Shown piece after piece: positions 52,587 through 55,645 of a stretch of DNA of 55,645 nucleotides; position 1 is the stretch's first letter; each line of letters starts with the position of its first letter. The notes below the pieces were generated by a model. That model was not told the DNA's origin. It made no database searches and worked only from the letters and a program-made list of their open reading frames with translations. Made by a program: the position numbers and the translations under genes. The DNA is from Octopus bimaculoides (Eukaryota). Where the stretch lies: positions 131,660,061 through 131,715,705 of the forward strand of contig NC_068982.1 in the NCBI RefSeq assembly GCF_001194135.2, given 5' to 3'.

Positions 52587-54239
52587 CTGTGAAAGTGTAA
52601 CCATACAAATATGATGTAGGACATTATGAAAGAAAAGGAAATAGATATTGAGGATGTACCAGTCTCCATATTCTCGATCATTATAATTATTGCATATATA
52701 CAGAGAAAGAGAGAGAGGGGGGACAGAAAGACAGAGGGAGTGTGAGAAATAGATATATATATATACATATACAGACGGGCGTGTGTGTGCGTGTGCGTAT
52801 GTGTGTTTGGAAAGAAAGTCTTGTTGCACTTCAATCTGTGTACGAAACAAACGTCTCTATTGCCATAATTGATATATTTAATCAAGATAATATTTCCCTT
52901 CATTATTAATAACATATTCCTAACTATTTGTCAAATTGTTGATGCCTGAACGCGAAAGTCGTTAGGTTTTGACGCAGCGAAACACACTCAATGTCATTTT
53001 TAACCTTTTCACAATCAATAAACAGTTTCCCCTCTAAATGACGTTGTGATGATCTGCTTCCATTGCTGAAGAACCTCTTTTGAATTCATGCAGCATGCAG
53101 TAACTTATGTGGGTATGATCTAAAACTCATTTTAAAAGGGTAAAGTCTATACGAAATTAACCTCACTGATATAAAGCAATCTATAAAGAAAGACGAAAAC
53201 ATCTGAATGCAAAGATTATTATTAATTTTACTATGAGTGTTGAAAAAAATACTCTCAGTTTCTTTTGTTGTTACTTTTGTTCTACCCGAGTGATACCAGT
53301 CATTGATTCATTCAGTTCACACATGACATTTTGTGTGTCCTCAAAAGGAGAAAAAAAACTACAAATTTTTTGTGACAAACCTACAATTAAATGATTAGTC
53401 GTAAATCCATCGTAGATACACATTTTAGTCTCTGAAACTAGAATTACTGAAATATGCATCAACACTTGAAACTTGGTCTAGGAAATAAATTTAAATTGAT
53501 ATAAGCTGTGAAAATATTAAACTTTATATAAAGTTTCTTTGAAATTAATGCATCATATTTTACTTGGTTTTGTTAGAACCTGGTGGTTTACTGACTGAAA
53601 ATTTATGCGTTTCGAGTGCAATGACAAAGGTACTCAAATCCATTTGAATGCAAATAAGAACTTTAGTGGAAGGAATTTTCTGGTGTGGCAGCAAGAATAC
53701 AGATCAGAGATCTTAAACGGTAATTATTCCTTGTTGAAAAATTATCCCATCTCAACTGAGTTGCCTCAGATAAAATGTGTAACAAAAAAGAAAAGAAAGG
53801 AAGAATGAATAAAAAAAGAAGAAAGAAAACGTCTTCAGTAGTGCTTCAACAAGCTAAGGAAATGTGTTTTATTTCTTTTGTTCGTCATAATTTTTTTTCT
53901 TTTGCAGATCAGACATGAGTGAAAAGTTGTCACAAACTATTAACAAAGTAATGCTTTATGTTCAAGAACTTATAAAATACTAATGCTTTAAACGTGGCTA
54001 CTTCCTAGTTTCTGATTCTAAAATATATACCTACACACACACACACACACACGCACACGCACATTTTGTATGTATGTATGTATGTATGTATGTATGTATG
54101 TATGTATTTAAAAGGGATAGGTTGGCAGTTACTTTGAAGTTTCCGCCGTGTGACCTTCATCGAACTATAAATTACTTTGGGTTTCCATTTTACGTGAAAT
54201 TTTGTGGTTTACACAGACATTTCAAAAGTAAATAGCAAA

Positions 54240-54640
54240 GCATCAGTTTTGAAATATTTGTTTCTCCTTTATTCCTTGGATATTTGCTGGTCGGATGAGA
54301 AATTTTCTAGCTGTTTTGCCATAGAAGCCAGGTTGATGGAGGTGGGGGAATGCCTCATAAGGATTGGTCGATTCATGCAGAGTTGCTCTGCAACAGCAGC
54401 AGCATTGCAACGGGGATTATGTTCCACAATCCGCTTGAGAGCATTATGACACCTGCCGGGAGGCTCAGGTCGACCTGTGCGGGATGCAGTCGATTCTTTT
54501 GCTTTGTATAATCATTCGGTTGATTGTAGCAAGAGAAAACCCAAGGTCTTGTGCAATCTTTCGCTTGCTAAGTCCACCCTAATTCCAACCCACAATACGC
54601 CCGCCTTGGGAATCAAACAACTCTTTTGCTTCTGGTGTAT
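54240..54640 (-). pseudogene. Tc1-family transposase N-terminal relic
   Basis: Minus strand: KELFDSQGGRIVGWN*GGLSKRKIAQDLGFSLATINRMI, TASRTGRP, LKRIVEHNPR and LHQPGFYGKTARK. Confidence 0.75.
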
Positions 54641-54706
54641 GTGACGTGGCTACTTGATTTTAACATTTAATATACGTACTGTAATCTGAAATGCAAAATA
54701 ATTATA

Positions 54707-55564
54707 CGGAGTATGATCAATAAGTATCCGGATTGTTGTCTTAGTAACGAAGCTAAAGCATGCAGAGTAAAGCTGCTTGACACAAACTGACCTTGAACTC
54801 TGCTGTGTATGCGCACTGCGTTTTAACGCTCTAGCTCACTACCGCTGTTTACAACAGTGCTTGGAAGTAACGTGTGTAATGTGTGATCATCGCATTGACC
54901 ATGACGGACGAAGCTGAGCTGAGAATCTGCATAAAATTTTGCCAAACGCTTGGCGATACCTGCTCAGAAGCCTAGCAAGGTTTTCAAAAAGTTTTCACTG
55001 TTCTCGACACAATCAATGAAATCTTGTACAACTGAAACCCGAGTGTTTTTTGATTAGTTTAAAACAGTTTTGGCACAAACTTGGCAGACACGCGTCTCAT
55101 ACCCGAATCTTCAGTGATAATGGACTGAACTGTAACTAACCTGCACATAACCTGATAGCTCATAAATGGTGATTAGACTATTTCCCCTCACAGCTGCACG
55201 CACATCTGCGATGTTTTTCTTAGTTCTGTTGGTTGCGGGTCTCCAAAAACGTTTGTCAATATCGACATTTTTTCGATCACTCGTACACTTGTGTGTGGCT
55301 CATACATTCCTCTCCATACACTTTCTGCGGGCCTCTGAGCTGGTATTGCCCTGACAACTTTTTCTGTCAAGGCCAATGCGACGATTACACGTTACACACG
55401 TTACTTTCAAGCACTGTTGTAAGCAGGAAAAGTGAGCTAGAACGTTAAAACTTAGTGTGCACGCATAGCAGAGGTCAAGGTTACTCTGTACCAAGCAGTT
55501 TTACTTTGCATTTTTTAGCTTCGTTACTATGGCAATAGTCCGGATACTTATTAATCAGACCTCG
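54707..55564. mobile_element. Mariner-derived foldback element made of two 5' ends
   Basis: TA at 54705-06 and 55565-66. About 250-bp inverted arms begin cggagtatgatcaataagtatccgga and cgaggtctgattaataagtatccgga. The plus arm encodes MTDEAELRICIKFCQTLGDTCSEA*. The minus arm encodes N-terminal fragments through SVQSIITEDSGMRRVSAKFVPKL and DCVENSENFLKT. Confidence 0.85.
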
Positions 55565-55645
55565 TACATTAACATGTCTGAAGTTCCAGGTAGTGTCCTC
55601 AGAAATAAAACTGTATAATGAAAGGCATCTATTTAATTTCAAGAA

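Noticed and set aside
53578-53946. Two short plus-strand exon-like segments (PGGLLTENLCVSSAMTK and SDMSEKLSQTINK)
   Set aside because: Short, with a weak donor in the first. Such pseudo-exons are expected by chance in AT-rich DNA.

Overview
This is AT-rich, repeat-dominated eukaryotic DNA, most likely from an octopus. That taxon call is an inference: the three tRNA-derived SINE families resemble octopus SINEs as I recall them, microsatellite density is extreme, and the 11 N-gaps fit a short-read assembly. No intact host gene can be supported, and most ORFs in the supplied track are microsatellite, gap or SINE artefacts. The window holds about 25 SINE copies and several transposon relics. These are a near-full-length but dead DD37D (maT-type) Tc1/mariner element, a pogo/Tigger element, two Tc1 relics, a mariner foldback built from two 5' ends, hAT-like MITEs, a Helentron-type HINE and an R4-clade-like LINE relic. 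The most unusual observations are: (1) two young Merlin-like MITEs with 37-bp TIRs and 8-bp TSDs carrying a central (TAACCC)n-(GGGTTA)n telomeric hairpin; (2) several Penelope-type minimal hammerhead ribozyme motifs, one with an intact catalytic core; (3) a ~445-bp locally templated insertion whose direction is shown by a copied SINE TSD; (4) a ~1.5-kb foldback with a perfect inner and diverged outer arm; (5) a ~2.8-kb degenerate array with a ~53-bp period. All alignments and translations were done by eye, and boundaries marked approx. are estimates.
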